This document shows, in pieces, positions 63,005-64,000 of a stretch of 64,000 nucleotides of DNA. Source of the stretch: Chrysomallon squamiferum (Eukaryota > Animalia > Mollusca); contig CM022665.1 of the NCBI GenBank assembly GCA_012295275.1, positions 6,014,001 to 6,078,000 on the forward strand. The letters run 5' to 3'. The translations under genes were made by a program, and so were the position numbers. How positions within the stretch are numbered: position 1 is the first letter of the stretch; every line of letters begins with the position of its first letter. The notes beneath the pieces are model-generated. The model saw only the letters and a list, made by a program, of their open reading frames with translations. It was not told the DNA's origin and ran no database searches.

Positions 63005-63267
63005 GTAATAATAATAATTTTTAAAAAATAAATAATAAAAATAATAGTAACAGTAATAATAATAACAATAATAACAAATAAATAAATAAATAAAAATCGG
63101 ACAGGTGTAATTAACCGTTTACCTTTCCTGACCATTCCCACCGCCAGACATTTGAGATATCGACACTTCTGACAGCGAATCCTGCCACGTTTGATGACAC
63201 TGCACGAGCTGTCACACTGACCCGGCGTGTCACTGTCTCTTGTCTTCTTACAGCGAATGAAAAAACT
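58181..63267 (-). CDS. Nuclear receptor with two tandem DNA-binding domains (2DBD-NR, delta/B-type-like); 5' end outside window; no LBD seen
   Basis: Exon 63267-63123: [29 protein letters not shown]. Exon 60915-60809: [36 protein letters not shown]. Exon 60376-60235: [40 protein letters not shown]. Exon 59943-58181: AIKMGRPRK plus Ser-rich tail to stop. All GT-AG, phases 1,0,1; 718 aa within the window. Confidence 0.93.
62306..62357 (+). repeat. 52-bp sequence identical to 28967-29018, followed by (TTA)n
   Basis: Exact match; lies in an intron of the 2DBD receptor. Confidence 0.9.
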
Positions 63268-63460
63268 CTAAAATCACAAAACAACAAAAACAGATTACAC
63301 AGTTTTAACTGTCACTAACATTTAACCTCACTGTGCCCGCAGTCTGTACGGATTAGCAAGGGATTAACTGATACGGCTTAATGCTTCAATCGCTATAGTC
63401 AGTGTCATTAAAGTGAACAGTTACTCAGAATCCAAACCCATCTAGAGCATCCACAGACAA

Positions 63461-63660
63461 ATCTGGAACCATTTCGAAACAAATGGTGCCGCTACTATGA
63501 ATCATATTGAGGGAAGGCATTCAAAACTGAAGACGATGGGAAGCAATCATCCCAACATTTTTAAACTTCATAAATATGATTAAGAGAGAATATGATTAAA
63601 AGAGAACATGAGGCCTTTGTTGAAGCTACAGTTTTACTAATAAGAGCTGGTGGAAGGTTG
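63461..63660 (+). mobile_element. Mutator-like (MULE) transposase remnant in 2DBD-NR intron
   Basis: Reads IWNHFETNGAATMNHIEGRHSKLKTMGSNHPNIFKL, then after a frameshift INMIKRE..EHEAFVEATVLLIRAGG. Matches the MULE C-terminal pattern WN....RTNN.xEGWH.xLK....HPNIF..I..IK.E. Confidence 0.75.
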
Positions 63661-64000
63661 GCAACTTGACTCTGAAATAAGCCAACAGCAAATGCTTCTC
63701 CTGACAGGACAAAAATCTGCAACAGAATATGCTGATTCCGTCTCCCGTTTCGTTGGACTGAAATGTTACAAGTCCATTGTGGGGTGTTTTTTGGGGAAAT
63801 AAACTATACTGTAATCCCCTATTGTTTCATCATCTGCTTCAGTAACATGTAACAATAGGTGCGGGCTCAGTGAGGTGACCGAGTCATTAAGTCTTTGACT
63901 TGTTTTTAAGACACAAATAAATTCCGTTTTTGAGAAAGTGTATGAAAAAAAAAAAAAAAAAAATAATAAAAAGATAACTTACATGTGAATAACAATTTTA

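Overview
AT-rich, microsatellite-dense animal genomic DNA with GT-AG introns. Gene and repeat content point to a mollusc, possibly a peltospirid gastropod (inference from a SINE-like repeat recalled from memory, not verified). Manual splicing recovers nine protein-coding genes, most of them missed or fragmented by the ORF track: the 3' end of CFAP61 (+); an intronless RING/TRAF-zinc-finger E3 ligase (-); a complete 11-exon UBR7 (-); a secreted PAN-EGF-Sushi protein with decayed-looking downstream exons (-); an intron-containing PPC/DUF296 protein (+); a CIPC-like clock repressor with a dense upstream E-box/D-box cluster (-); two tandem claudin/PMP22-family paralogs (-); and a 5'-truncated nuclear receptor (-). 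The receptor is the most notable feature: it has two tandem DNA-binding domains (2DBD-NR, second P-box CEGCKK) and a ~580-aa Ser-rich extension that stops exactly at a splice donor, with no ligand-binding domain visible. Also present are a ~4 kb long-armed inverted repeat, remnants of SINE, LINE, MULE, piggyBac and hAT elements, and an exact 52-bp duplicate 33 kb apart. Family assignments rest on recognised motifs; no database search was run.
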